Shown: positions 7,346 to 15,037 of the stretch, piece by piece
How the letters are laid out: every line of letters starts with the position of its first letter
Position numbering within the stretch: position 1 is the first letter of the stretch
DNA from: Nitratidesulfovibrio vulgaris str. Hildenborough
Lineage (GTDB): Bacteria > Desulfobacterota > Desulfovibrionia > Desulfovibrionales > Desulfovibrionaceae
Length of the DNA: 32,000 nt
Direction of reading: 5' to 3'
NCBI RefSeq assembly: GCF_000195755.1
Contig: NC_002937.3
Span: 2,820,001 to 2,852,000, forward strand
Notes under the pieces: generated by a model
Database searches by the model: none
What the model was told of the DNA's origin: nothing
Seen by the model: only the letters and a program-made list of their open reading frames with translations
Position numbers and translations under genes: made by a program

Positions 7346-8489
7346 CCGCAGGCCCGACGAGACCATGCCCGCAGGCGACGCACGGCAGGCCGTCACCCTC
7401 ATGGTGGGCGGACGCGAGCACCGCGACTGGACGAGCTATGAAGTGGACAGCGACCTCATGACCCCGGCGGACGCATGGCGCGTCACGCTTGGCATCCCCG
7501 CCGACGCCGTTCCGGCCACGGTGCGCCCGTGGGAGCCGGTGCAACTGGCCGTGGGCGGCGAGGTGGTGCTTTCGGGCCGCATCGACAGGGTGGAACGCAC
7601 CATCCGCAAGGGTGAGCTTTCCCTTGCCATCAGCGGGCGCGACGGGGCCGCCGTCTTGGTGGACTGTTCCGCGCCCATCTTCACCTCACGGCAGGTGAGC
7701 GTGGCAGAGGCCGTGGCGCACATCGTGCGGCCCTTGGGCATTGCGCGGGTGCGCGTGGCCCCCGGTGCCGGACATGCGACCGGGCACACTGCCGGGCACG
7801 AGAAGGTGGCCATCGAACCGGGCATGACCGCATGGGACGCCCTGCAACAGGTGGCAGAGGCCAACGGCATGTGGCCGTGGTTCACCCCTGACGGCACCTT
7901 GGTGGTGGGAGGCCCCGACTACACCGCGCCCCCCGTGGGCGGCCTCGTGCTGCGCATGGACGGCACGCAGAACAACGTGCTGGCCCTCTCCGTGCGCGAC
8001 GGCGTGGAAGAACGCTTCTCCGAGGTGACGGTGCTTGGCCAGAGTCACGGCACCGAAGACGCCGAAGGGGCCAACGCCCTGCGCGCCATAGCCCGCGACA
8101 CCACGGCGCAGTGGCACCGCCCCCGCGTTGTGGTAGAGGCGGAATGCGACACCGCCGACATGGCCCGCCGCCGGGCACGCAAGCTGCTTGCCGACGGCAG
8201 ACTGGCCGCCTTCGAGATGCGGGCCACCGTGCGCGGGCACCGGGCCAGCGGCCCCACGGGCGATGGCGTGCTGTGGCAACCCGGCCAGCGGGTGCGGGTG
8301 CTGTCAGAACCGCACGGCATCGACGGCGTGTTCTTCCTCACCCGGCGCACGTTCATGGGCGGCCGCGACCGGGGGCAGGTGACGGAACTGACGCTGAAGG
8401 AGGACGGCGTGTGGCTGCCCGACGTGGGCAAGCGCCGCAAGCGCAAGAAGCAAGATGGCGAGACAGCCATGGAGGTGGTCGACCTATGA
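7335..8489 (+). CDS. Baseplate hub protein (Mu gpP / gp44, gpD-like)
   Basis: 384-aa ORF overlapping the gpN stop. Synteny between gpN and gp45. Basic C-terminal tail KRRKRKKQ. An alternative start at ATG 7365 is possible. Confidence 0.82.
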   Translation: MPSDRRPDETMPAGDARQAVTLMVGGREHRDWTSYEVDSDLMTPADAWRVTLGIPADAVPATVRPWEPVQLAVGGEVVLSGRIDRVERTIRKGELSLAISGRDGAAVLVDCSAPIFTSRQVSVAEAVAHIVRPLGIARVRVAPGAGHATGHTAGHEKVAIEPGMTAWDALQQVAEANGMWPWFTPDGTLVVGGPDYTAPPVGGLVLRMDGTQNNVLALSVRDGVEERFSEVTVLGQSHGTEDAEGANALRAIARDTTAQWHRPRVVVEAECDTADMARRRARKLLADGRLAAFEMRATVRGHRASGPTGDGVLWQPGQRVRVLSEPHGIDGVFFLTRRTFMGGRDRGQVTELTLKEDGVWLPDVGKRRKRKKQDGETAMEVVDL

Positions 8490-9112
8490 TGCAGCAGGTG
8501 AACCGGGCCATAGCCCGGACGTTGGCCACCATCCGGCAGGCGTTCCGCGCCCGCCTCACCGGGCTGGACACCACGCCCGGCGTCCAGTTGGCGCAGGCCG
8601 GGGGGCTGGCAGGCGAACAGGTGCAGGCGTCCGAACTGTTCCAGCACTTCGGCTTCACCTCCGCCCCGCCCGAAGGCACCCAGTGCATCGTCCTGCCCCT
8701 AGGCGGCAAGACGGCCCATAGCGTGGTGGTGGCCACAGAGAACGGGGCCTACCGGGTGCAGGCCCTGCAAGGCGGCGAGGTGTGCATCTATAACCAGTGG
8801 GGCGCGAAGATAACCCTGAAGAAGGAGAAGATTGTGGAGGTGGATTGCGACCACTTCCGGGTGGCCGCCAAGGAATCCATCACGATGGACACCAAGCGCT
8901 GGCAGGCCACCGCCACCGAGGGCACCGCCTTCACCTCGCCTTCGGTTGCCATTGGCGGCATGGGCGGGCTGAAGGCACAGGCAAGACTCGACGCCGACCT
9001 GCAAACGACAGGCGACGTGACCTCACAGGGAGACCACGTCGCCGGGGGCATCAGCTTGCGTCATCACCGCCATCCGGGGGATTCGGGCGGGACGACTGGA
9101 GAATCTTTATAA
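8486..9112 (+). CDS. Baseplate spike/assembly protein (Mu gp45, P2 gpV-like)
   Basis: ATG 8486 overlaps the gpP stop (ATGA). MMQQVNRAIARTL...ELFQHFGFTSAPPEG is typical of gp45/gpV. C-terminal RHHRHPGDSGGTTG is a His-rich spike-tip motif. The last few codons (GAA TCT TTA TAA) lie in the AT-rich insert. Confidence 0.85.
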   Translation: MMQQVNRAIARTLATIRQAFRARLTGLDTTPGVQLAQAGGLAGEQVQASELFQHFGFTSAPPEGTQCIVLPLGGKTAHSVVVATENGAYRVQALQGGEVCIYNQWGAKITLKKEKIVEVDCDHFRVAAKESITMDTKRWQATATEGTAFTSPSVAIGGMGGLKAQARLDADLQTTGDVTSQGDHVAGGISLRHHRHPGDSGGTTGESL

Positions 9113-9506
9113 GGCTGAAGGTGGACAGGAAGAAATCGAGCTTCACAAAGAACAATCCTATGGCAACACATATCGCACCAGAGACTACGCTCTCACCGAG
9201 GGCTATAAGCCCACCACTGCTGTTAGTGCTGTTCCACCACTGATGCGGCTTCATCTCCACAATTACATAGACGTTTGATATCACAATCAAGCATCCGACA
9301 ATAAGTAAGCATAGTATTGCACCATTTGCCACTACATTTAACAAAGAAGAAAAGGATGTTGTTTTTTCATTATGTTCTATTTTCATATCATTACTAGACA
9401 TTTCTCTTAAATCTTTATTTTCATACGTTTCTGCCTTTTGGCGTAGCTGATGGTTTCCTTTGATAGCCTTCTCTTTGATAATTTTATATTCAGTTTGCAC
9501 AGGCAC
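9051..9506 (-). CDS. Small membrane protein (up to 151 aa, 2 predicted TM segments) in a low-GC antisense cassette; function unknown
   Basis: Only long ORF in the AT-rich block from ~9095 to ~9510 (about 32% GC in a hand-counted line). Charged N-terminus, then hydrophobic segments LLNVVANGAILCLLIVGCLIVISNVYVIV and LIALGESVVSGAICVAIGLFFV. Start is uncertain: GTG 9506, GTG 9500 (7 nt after GGAG) or ATG 9401. The last ~14 codons run antisense into the gp45 3' end. Confidence 0.62.
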   Translation of the reverse strand: MPVQTEYKIIKEKAIKGNHQLRQKAETYENKDLREMSSNDMKIEHNEKTTSFSSLLNVVANGAILCLLIVGCLIVISNVYVIVEMKPHQWWNSTNSSGGLIALGESVVSGAICVAIGLFFVKLDFFLSTFSLIKILQSSRPNPPDGGDDAS

Positions 9507-9572
9507 ACTCCATGATCAAACACTGAACCCCTTCCATCTGTCTTCCTCCCCATCCGCCACTAGAGTGGCGGC

Positions 9573-9929
9573 ATGGGAACCGACGCAGCCATAGACACCT
9601 TACGGGGAGACTATACGGGCGAACGCATCGCCAGTCTAGCCAACGCCGTCTATCTTCGCCTCATGACGCCCCTTGGTTCATGGTGGGGCGACACCGCCTT
9701 GGGGTCGCGCCTGCATGAACTGGCGCGAGAGAAAGACGTGCCCCGCATCCGCCGCCTTGCCGCACAGTACGCGGAACAGGCCCTTGCCCCGCTTCTCACG
9801 GACGGACGCGCCCGCGCCGTCACTGTCACCGCAGCCCAGCCGCACGACGGCCGCTGCATCCTGCATGTCACCGTCACAGACGCCACGGGCCAGCAACAGA
9901 CCTACACGCATCCGGTGCGTGTGGCCTAG
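9573..9929 (+). CDS. Baseplate protein (Mu gp46 family, gpW/gp25-like)
   Basis: 118-aa ORF. Motifs LANAVYLRLMTPLGSWWGD...GSRLHEL fit the gp46 family. Synteny between gp45 and gp47. Confidence 0.85.
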   Translation: MGTDAAIDTLRGDYTGERIASLANAVYLRLMTPLGSWWGDTALGSRLHELAREKDVPRIRRLAAQYAEQALAPLLTDGRARAVTVTAAQPHDGRCILHVTVTDATGQQQTYTHPVRVA

Positions 9930-9938
9930 GGGCAAGCC

Positions 9939-11000
9939 ATGCCGTACATCATCCCCACCTTCGAGGAGATACGCGCCGCCATCTTGCGCGACGTGAAGAA
10001 CCTGCTGCCCGATGCCGACACAGGCCCGGACAGCGACGCCTTCATCCGCGCATCCAGCACGGCCTCTGCCGTCTATGGCCTGTATCAGCACCAGCTATGG
10101 ATGGCCCGCCAGATTCTGCCCGACACGGCAGACACCGCCTACCTCGAATCCCACGCGGCCCTGCGCGGCATCACCCGCAAGCCCGCCACCAAGGCCACGG
10201 GCACCCTCACCCTGACGGGAACGCCGGGCGCGGCGGTGCCTGCGGGCACAGAGGCGCGGCACATTGCCACCGGGGCCACCTTCCGCACCACGGCCACCGT
10301 GACACTGGCCGAGAACGGCACGGCCAGCGCGCCGTGCGAGGCCTCCGTGGCAGGGGCCATGCCGGACTACACGGCAGAGACCGTGCTTTTAACGGCACCG
10401 CCGCCCGGCGTGCAGTCCACCGCAAGCCTTGCCCTCACGGGCGGCACCGACACGGAGACAGACGCCGAACTGCTGGAACGCCTGCTGTTCCACTTCCGCA
10501 ACCCGCCCGGCGGCGGCAACCGTTACGACTACAAGCGGTGGGCCTTGGAGGTGCCGGGCGTCACCGGGGCATGGGTCTACCCCCTGCGCCGGGGCTTGGG
10601 CACCGTAGACGTGGCCGTGCTTTCGGCGGGCGGCCTGCCCACACCGGAACTTCTGGCGGCGGCACAGGCCCGCATCGACGAACGTCGGCCCGTGGCCTGC
10701 AAAGACGCGCGGGTGCTTGCGCCCACCCCCTTGGCGGTGGACGTGCGCGTGCGGGTGCGCCTTGCGGGCACCACGTTGCCCGTGGTCACCACACAGGTGC
10801 GCGAGGCGCTGGCCGCACACTTCGGCGGCTATGAACCGGGCGGGCAGGTGGTGCGTTCGCGGCTTGAGGCCATCATCTCCGGCATCCCCGGCGTGGCAGA
10901 CCGCGACCTGACGGCCCCGTCCGCCAACGTGCAGGCCGTGGTGGACGCCTCCCGCGTGGAATGGCCGCGCCTTGGCACCGTCACCGTGGAGGCCATGTGA
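9939..11000 (+). CDS. Baseplate J-like protein (Mu gp47)
   Basis: 353-aa ORF. N-terminus PTFEEIRAAILRDVKNLLPDADTGPDSD and internal ETDAELLERLLFHFRNPPGGGNRYDYKRWALEVPGV are classic baseplate-J signatures. Confidence 0.9.
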   Translation: MPYIIPTFEEIRAAILRDVKNLLPDADTGPDSDAFIRASSTASAVYGLYQHQLWMARQILPDTADTAYLESHAALRGITRKPATKATGTLTLTGTPGAAVPAGTEARHIATGATFRTTATVTLAENGTASAPCEASVAGAMPDYTAETVLLTAPPPGVQSTASLALTGGTDTETDAELLERLLFHFRNPPGGGNRYDYKRWALEVPGVTGAWVYPLRRGLGTVDVAVLSAGGLPTPELLAAAQARIDERRPVACKDARVLAPTPLAVDVRVRVRLAGTTLPVVTTQVREALAAHFGGYEPGGQVVRSRLEAIISGIPGVADRDLTAPSANVQAVVDASRVEWPRLGTVTVEAM

Positions 11001-11590
11001 CGGGCCACGCCACCTTGCTGCGCAGCCTGCTGCCGCCCGTCAGTTACGACCCGTCAGGCCCGCGCCTTGCCGCCGCGCTGGACGCCGAAGGCATGACGCT
11101 GGACGCGGCGCTGGCCCTTTCGGTGCGGGCCGTCATGGGCATCAACCCCTTCCGGGCGCAGGAATGGATGGAAGACTGGGAGCGCGTCTACGGCCTGCCA
11201 GACCCGTGCGCCCGCGAGGGGCGCACCTTGCAGGAGCGCATAAGCGCGCTGGCCGTGGCCGTGCAGGAACAGGGCGGCATCTCGCGCGGGTACTTCGTGC
11301 GGCTTGCCGCCATGCTTGGCTACGCCGTCACCATCCGCGAGCATGTGCCGTTCCGGGCCGGTTCGCGGGCGGGCGACGCCCTGACCAACGGCGACTGGCA
11401 ATGGGCGTGGACGCTTCAGGCCCCCGCCGTCACCACGCACCGCTTCCGGGCGGGACGAAGCGCGGCGGGCGAACCCTTGGCCTTCTGGGGTGACGAGGTG
11501 CTGGAATGCGCCATCCGCCGTCTGGCCCCGGCCCATACCGTGGTGCTGTTCGCCTACGGGCCGCGCCTCGCCACCGCCACGCACGGCTAA
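10997..11590 (+). CDS. Tail/baseplate protein (Mu gp48, DUF2313-like)
   Basis: GTG 10997 overlaps the gp47 stop (GTGA). LLRSLLPPVSYDP...WERVYGLPDPC...TLQERISAL is typical of the gp48/gpI-like family. Synteny supports the call. Confidence 0.8.
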   Translation: MTGHATLLRSLLPPVSYDPSGPRLAAALDAEGMTLDAALALSVRAVMGINPFRAQEWMEDWERVYGLPDPCAREGRTLQERISALAVAVQEQGGISRGYFVRLAAMLGYAVTIREHVPFRAGSRAGDALTNGDWQWAWTLQAPAVTTHRFRAGRSAAGEPLAFWGDEVLECAIRRLAPAHTVVLFAYGPRLATATHG

Positions 11591-11673
11591 CCTTCGATGC
11601 ACACCGAACGTCAGAACGCTAACGCCGCCCCCGCCCGTGACGATGGCCGGGCAAGGGACGGCAAGGAGGGCAC

Positions 11674-12564
11674 ATGCACCGCATAGACACACCCGACGCC
11701 ACGCCGGACCACCGCTTCACCGAAGGCGACCCCACCATACCCTTGCCCGCCACCATGGTCAGCGCGGACTGGCTGAACGCCGTGCAGGAAGAGCTTTCGG
11801 GCGTCATCGAGGGCGCGGGCCTCACGCTGGACAAGGCGAGGCACGACCAGTTGAAGGCCGCCATCATCAAGATGATAACCGACCGGGCCGCACCGCTGGC
11901 CACCACGGAACAGGCGGGGCTGGTGGAACGCGCCACCGATGCCGAAGCGCAGGCCGGAACGGATGGCGAACGCTATGTGACGCCGAAGCAACTGAAGGAC
12001 GCCGTGGGGACTACTGACCTGACGGCAATGATGCGCGACACGTTCGCGGGCTGCATCGTGGAGTGGGAGTGCGAGACCATTCCCAACCTGACGGACGGAA
12101 AGCCACTCGGTATCGAACTTAACGGGGCCATCGTCAGTCTTACGGCGTGGCCTCGCCTCCTGCGCAAGTGGTGCGGGGCTGCGAAGAATGCAACCGCTCC
12201 GGCGTGGTATCGCTGCAACGCCTCCGGTGTGCGCGACGCCACCGGCGACCACATCCGGTTGCAGGATAGACGCGGAGAGTTCGCGCGCGGTTGGGACCAC
12301 GGGCGCGGCGTCGATGCGGGGCGCGTGCTGGGTAGTGCGCAGGGCGATGCCATCAGGAATATTGTCGGCTCAATGGGGTCGATTACGGCAGTTGTTGCCG
12401 GGACTGCTTCAGGAGCCTTTACCGTTACCACTCCATCCAATCGTTCTGCGGGCAGCAGTACCGGGCCTACATGCGACTTTACCTTCGACGCTTCTCGCGT
12501 CGTCCCCACCGCCAGCGAAAACCGCACCCGCAACATCGCCACCCTGTACCTCGTCCTCGTCTAG
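11674..12564 (+). CDS. Tail fibre protein
   Basis: SD AAGGAGGG lies upstream. N-terminus MHRIDTPDATPDHRFTEGDPTIPLPATMVSADWLNAVQEEL is the conserved fibre attachment region. C-terminal LQDRRGEFARGWDHGRGVDAGRVLGSAQGDAIRN is a tail-collar/fibre-tip motif. Confidence 0.85.
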   Translation: MHRIDTPDATPDHRFTEGDPTIPLPATMVSADWLNAVQEELSGVIEGAGLTLDKARHDQLKAAIIKMITDRAAPLATTEQAGLVERATDAEAQAGTDGERYVTPKQLKDAVGTTDLTAMMRDTFAGCIVEWECETIPNLTDGKPLGIELNGAIVSLTAWPRLLRKWCGAAKNATAPAWYRCNASGVRDATGDHIRLQDRRGEFARGWDHGRGVDAGRVLGSAQGDAIRNIVGSMGSITAVVAGTASGAFTVTTPSNRSAGSSTGPTCDFTFDASRVVPTASENRTRNIATLYLVLV

Positions 12565-12573
12565 GAGCACCCT

Positions 12574-13113
12574 ATGCCTACGATTCACACCTATGATGCC
12601 CGCACCCGTGAATACCTGAAGACCGTCGACTGGACGCCCCCGAACGAGTGGGTGGCCTTGCCCGCCGACGCCACGACGCTACAGCCCCCGGCACAGCGCG
12701 AAGGGTTCGCCTGTGTGCTGAACCTTGCGGGGGACATTTGGGAACACATTGAAGACCACCGGGGCAAGGCGGGTTACGTCGAAGGACAGCCCCACACCGT
12801 GCGCGACCTTGGGCCGCTTCCTGCCGGGTGGAGCACTACCGCCCCTGAAGTGCCGCTGGCGGACACCAAGGCCGCAAAGCGTGCGGAGATTACCGCCGGG
12901 CATGATGCCGCCCTCGCGGGAGTGGTCGCCATCTCCGACCCCACGCCCACGGTGGTGGCTGTTGAGGCGGCACTGCTGGCCACCACCGACCCCACCGGGC
13001 TGGACTACGCCCGGCAGAAGCTTGCCGCGCGCCGGGCAGAGCTTGAAGCACAGGTCGAAGCCGCAACGACGGCGGAAGCGGTCATGGCCGTGGTGGTGAG
13101 CTATCCGGTGTAA
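12574..13113 (+). CDS. Tail fibre assembly chaperone (Mu gpU / P2 gpG-like)
   Basis: 179-aa ORF 9 nt after the fibre gene. N-terminal pattern (Y...T.EY......P..W..LPADATTL.PP) is typical of fibre assembly proteins. Confidence 0.72.
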   Translation: MPTIHTYDARTREYLKTVDWTPPNEWVALPADATTLQPPAQREGFACVLNLAGDIWEHIEDHRGKAGYVEGQPHTVRDLGPLPAGWSTTAPEVPLADTKAAKRAEITAGHDAALAGVVAISDPTPTVVAVEAALLATTDPTGLDYARQKLAARRAELEAQVEAATTAEAVMAVVVSYPV

Positions 13114-13413
13114 GTGAAGCCCCTCCAGCGTGGGGGGGCACAGCTGAAGGGGCTTGCGAGGAAAAGTGTCAACCATAAACACAGGCTGGATTTATGGGCG
13201 ACATGGCCCACGAACAGCACTACGGAACAGATAATACGAATTGGGAGGAACAGGCGGGGGCGTAACAGCGCCCCCACTGGCCCAGCGCTGGAACGCTGGA
13301 CCACGGCCCCCGGCAGGCGGCAACCCGCCGGTTCGTTCCGCTGCTCCTTGGCCCTGTACAGGGGTGCCAAGCAAGCTAGCAGACGCTAACGGGCAATACA
13401 ACCACCCATAACC

Positions 13414-13614
13414 ATGAAGGAACACGACAACAGACGCGAAGTGCGGTGTGGCCATTGCCACCGCCTCCTCGCCAAAGGCGAAGCCCTAGACCTGACCATC
13501 AAGTGCCCCCGATGCGGCACCCTGAACCATGTGAGGGGCATGTCCCCCGACGCCGAAGGCCCGCGAGCCTCTGACAGGAGCGGACCTTGTACACAACAGA
13601 TGAAGAACGCGTGA
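13414..13614 (+). CDS. com: Com-like zinc-finger translational activator
   Basis: 66-aa ORF with VRCGHCHRLLAKGEALDLTIKCPRCGTLNHV. This is the CxxC-N17-CxxC layout and RCxxCxxLLxK...I.CPRC pattern of phage Mu Com. Overlaps the start of the downstream modification gene, as com does with mom in Mu. Confidence 0.72.
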   Translation: MKEHDNRREVRCGHCHRLLAKGEALDLTIKCPRCGTLNHVRGMSPDAEGPRASDRSGPCTQQMKNA

Positions 13615-14336
13615 CCCTGATTCAGGGAGAAGCCCTCACCGTGCTGCGCACCTTGCCTACGGGGGCAGTGGATACGGTGCTCACCGACCCGCCGTATTCC
13701 AGCGGAGGCATCACCATGGCGGCCCGTCAGGTTGACCCGGCGCAGAAGTATCAGCAGAGCAACACCAAGCGCACCTATCCCGCCATGCTCGGAGACAACC
13801 GCGACCAGCGCAGCTTCACCCTGTGGGCGACGCTGTGGCTCTCGGAATGCTGGCGGGTGGCGAAAGACGGGGCGCGCATCATGGTCTTCACGGACTGGCG
13901 GCAATTGCCAGCCATGACCGATGCCCTTCAGGCCGCGGGGTGGATGTGGCGCGGAGTGGTGACATGGCACAAGCCCAGCGCGCGGCCCAGCCTTGGCGAC
14001 TTCAAGCGCGACGCCGAGTACGTCATCACCGGAAGCAAGGGAAAGCCAACCATGCATACGCGCACCTGCCCTCCGGGGGTGTACCGGCATAGCGTCAATG
14101 CCGCGCGGAAGACCCACCTTACCGAAAAACCGGTGGCGCTGCTTGAAGACCTGCTGGCCGTGACAGCACCGGGGCCGGATGCCCTCGTGCTCGACCCCTT
14201 CGCAGGCAGTGGAAGCACCGGCGTTGCCTGCCTTAATACGGGCAGACGATTCGTCGGAATCGAGCTTTCCGCCGAGTACCATGCAAGGGCATCAAACCGC
14301 CTCGCCGAGGTCGCCCAAAACATGGCCCAAAACTAG
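13587..14336 (+). CDS. Beta-class DNA methyltransferase (N6-adenine or N4-cytosine, DPPY type)
   Basis: TTG 13587 lies 6 nt after AGGAG (13576-13580). Motif IV TDPPYSSGG precedes motif I DPFAGSGSTGVAC, which is the beta-class order. TEKP is also present. Alternative start at GTG 13611. Confidence 0.88.
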   Translation: MYTTDEERVTLIQGEALTVLRTLPTGAVDTVLTDPPYSSGGITMAARQVDPAQKYQQSNTKRTYPAMLGDNRDQRSFTLWATLWLSECWRVAKDGARIMVFTDWRQLPAMTDALQAAGWMWRGVVTWHKPSARPSLGDFKRDAEYVITGSKGKPTMHTRTCPPGVYRHSVNAARKTHLTEKPVALLEDLLAVTAPGPDALVLDPFAGSGSTGVACLNTGRRFVGIELSAEYHARASNRLAEVAQNMAQN

Positions 14337-14345
14337 CCCAAAACG

Positions 14346-14381
14346 AAGCCCCCGGCAGACCATCCTACCGGGGGCTTTTGC
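14346..14381 (+). terminator. Rho-independent terminator after the methyltransferase gene
   Basis: AAGCCCCCGG (14346-14355), 12-nt loop, CCGGGGGCTT (14368-14377), then TTGCTGTAATTTCTT. Confidence 0.7.
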
Positions 14382-14619
14382 TGTAATTTCTTGTGCCAAT
14401 TCGCCCGCTACACAATGTCAAAGCGTTCGCGCGCGTACACGCACAAGCACTGGGACAGCGCCACGTGCCCTCGCCATGCGACAACAAGGACACGGTCGGT
14501 GCTTCGACCTTTGCGAGGAAGACATGCAGTGGCAGGAAGCCTGTGACGACGGCGCCGTGCACCGCCAAGCAGAAGACAAACGAAAAGGCTGACATTGCTG
14601 CCAGCCTTATGCGTCCGAA

Positions 14620-14706
14620 TGGTGCCGAGGGAGGGACTCGAACCCTCACGGGATTTCTCCCACTACCCCCTCAAGATAGCGTGTCTACCAATTCCACCAC
14701 CTCGGC
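14620..14706 (-). tRNA. tRNA-Leu (anticodon GAG), type II with long variable arm, CCA encoded
   Basis: Reverse complement reads GCCGAGGTGGTGGAATTGGTAGACACGCTATCTTGAGGGGGTAGTGGGAGAAATCCCGTGAGGGTTCGAGTCCCTCCCTCGGCACCA. Acceptor GCCGAGG/CCTCGGC; anticodon stem CTATC/GGTAG with loop TTGAGGG; T arm GAGGG-TTCGAGT-CCCTC. Nearly identical in its 5' half to E. coli tRNA-Leu(GAG) as I recall it. Confidence 0.92.
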
Positions 14707-14719
14707 GTCGGGGAAGCAC

Positions 14720-14790
14720 CGTATAGCCCCAACGCCGAGAAGCTTGCAAGTCTTTTTTTGCACTTTTCCTGTTTTTTTCTTGCAGCATGC
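14720..14790 (-). promoter_or_regulatory. Putative tRNA-Leu promoter with an A-rich UP-like element
   Basis: On the minus strand: TTGCAA (14749-14744), 18-nt spacer, TATACG (14725-14720), about 13 nt before the mature 5' end. Upstream is AAAAAAACAGGAAAAGTGCAAAAAAAGA. The -10 element is weak. Confidence 0.3.
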
Positions 14791-15037
14791 GCACGAACCC
14801 TACAGCCACGCGGATTGTACCCTTCACGTCCCTGTGGCAGCCTTTCCCATGAAACGGCCGCCGCAGGCAGTCCCCCTGCGGCAAGGCGTCATGGCTTGCC
14901 GGGGGCAGCGCTTTCCCTGTATGCCTTCGTGCTGTGGGCAGAGTGCTTCGCGGGCGACGCACCGCACGAACGCCACCCGCCCTTCGTATACCGCCAACCC
15001 TCCGGCACGCCGGAATCTTCATTTCAGGCAGGACAGC

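Noticed and set aside
8111-8485. Upstream part of track ORF 8111..9112, giving a 333-aa version of gp45.
   Set aside because: It lies out of frame inside the gpP gene and is Arg/Pro/Gly-rich junk. The conserved gp45 N-terminus starts at ATG 8486 with ATGA coupling.
13194-13265. 23-codon ORF (MGDMAHEQHYGTDNTNWEEQAGA) in the gap before com.
   Set aside because: It has no SD, is very short, and overlaps a hairpin. There is nothing to distinguish it from chance.
14393-15037. 5' extension of the DUF1786 ORF (the track ORF starts at 14393).
   Set aside because: The extension runs antisense through the tRNA-Leu gene and its promoter and has no SD. The conserved N-terminus begins at ATG 15038.
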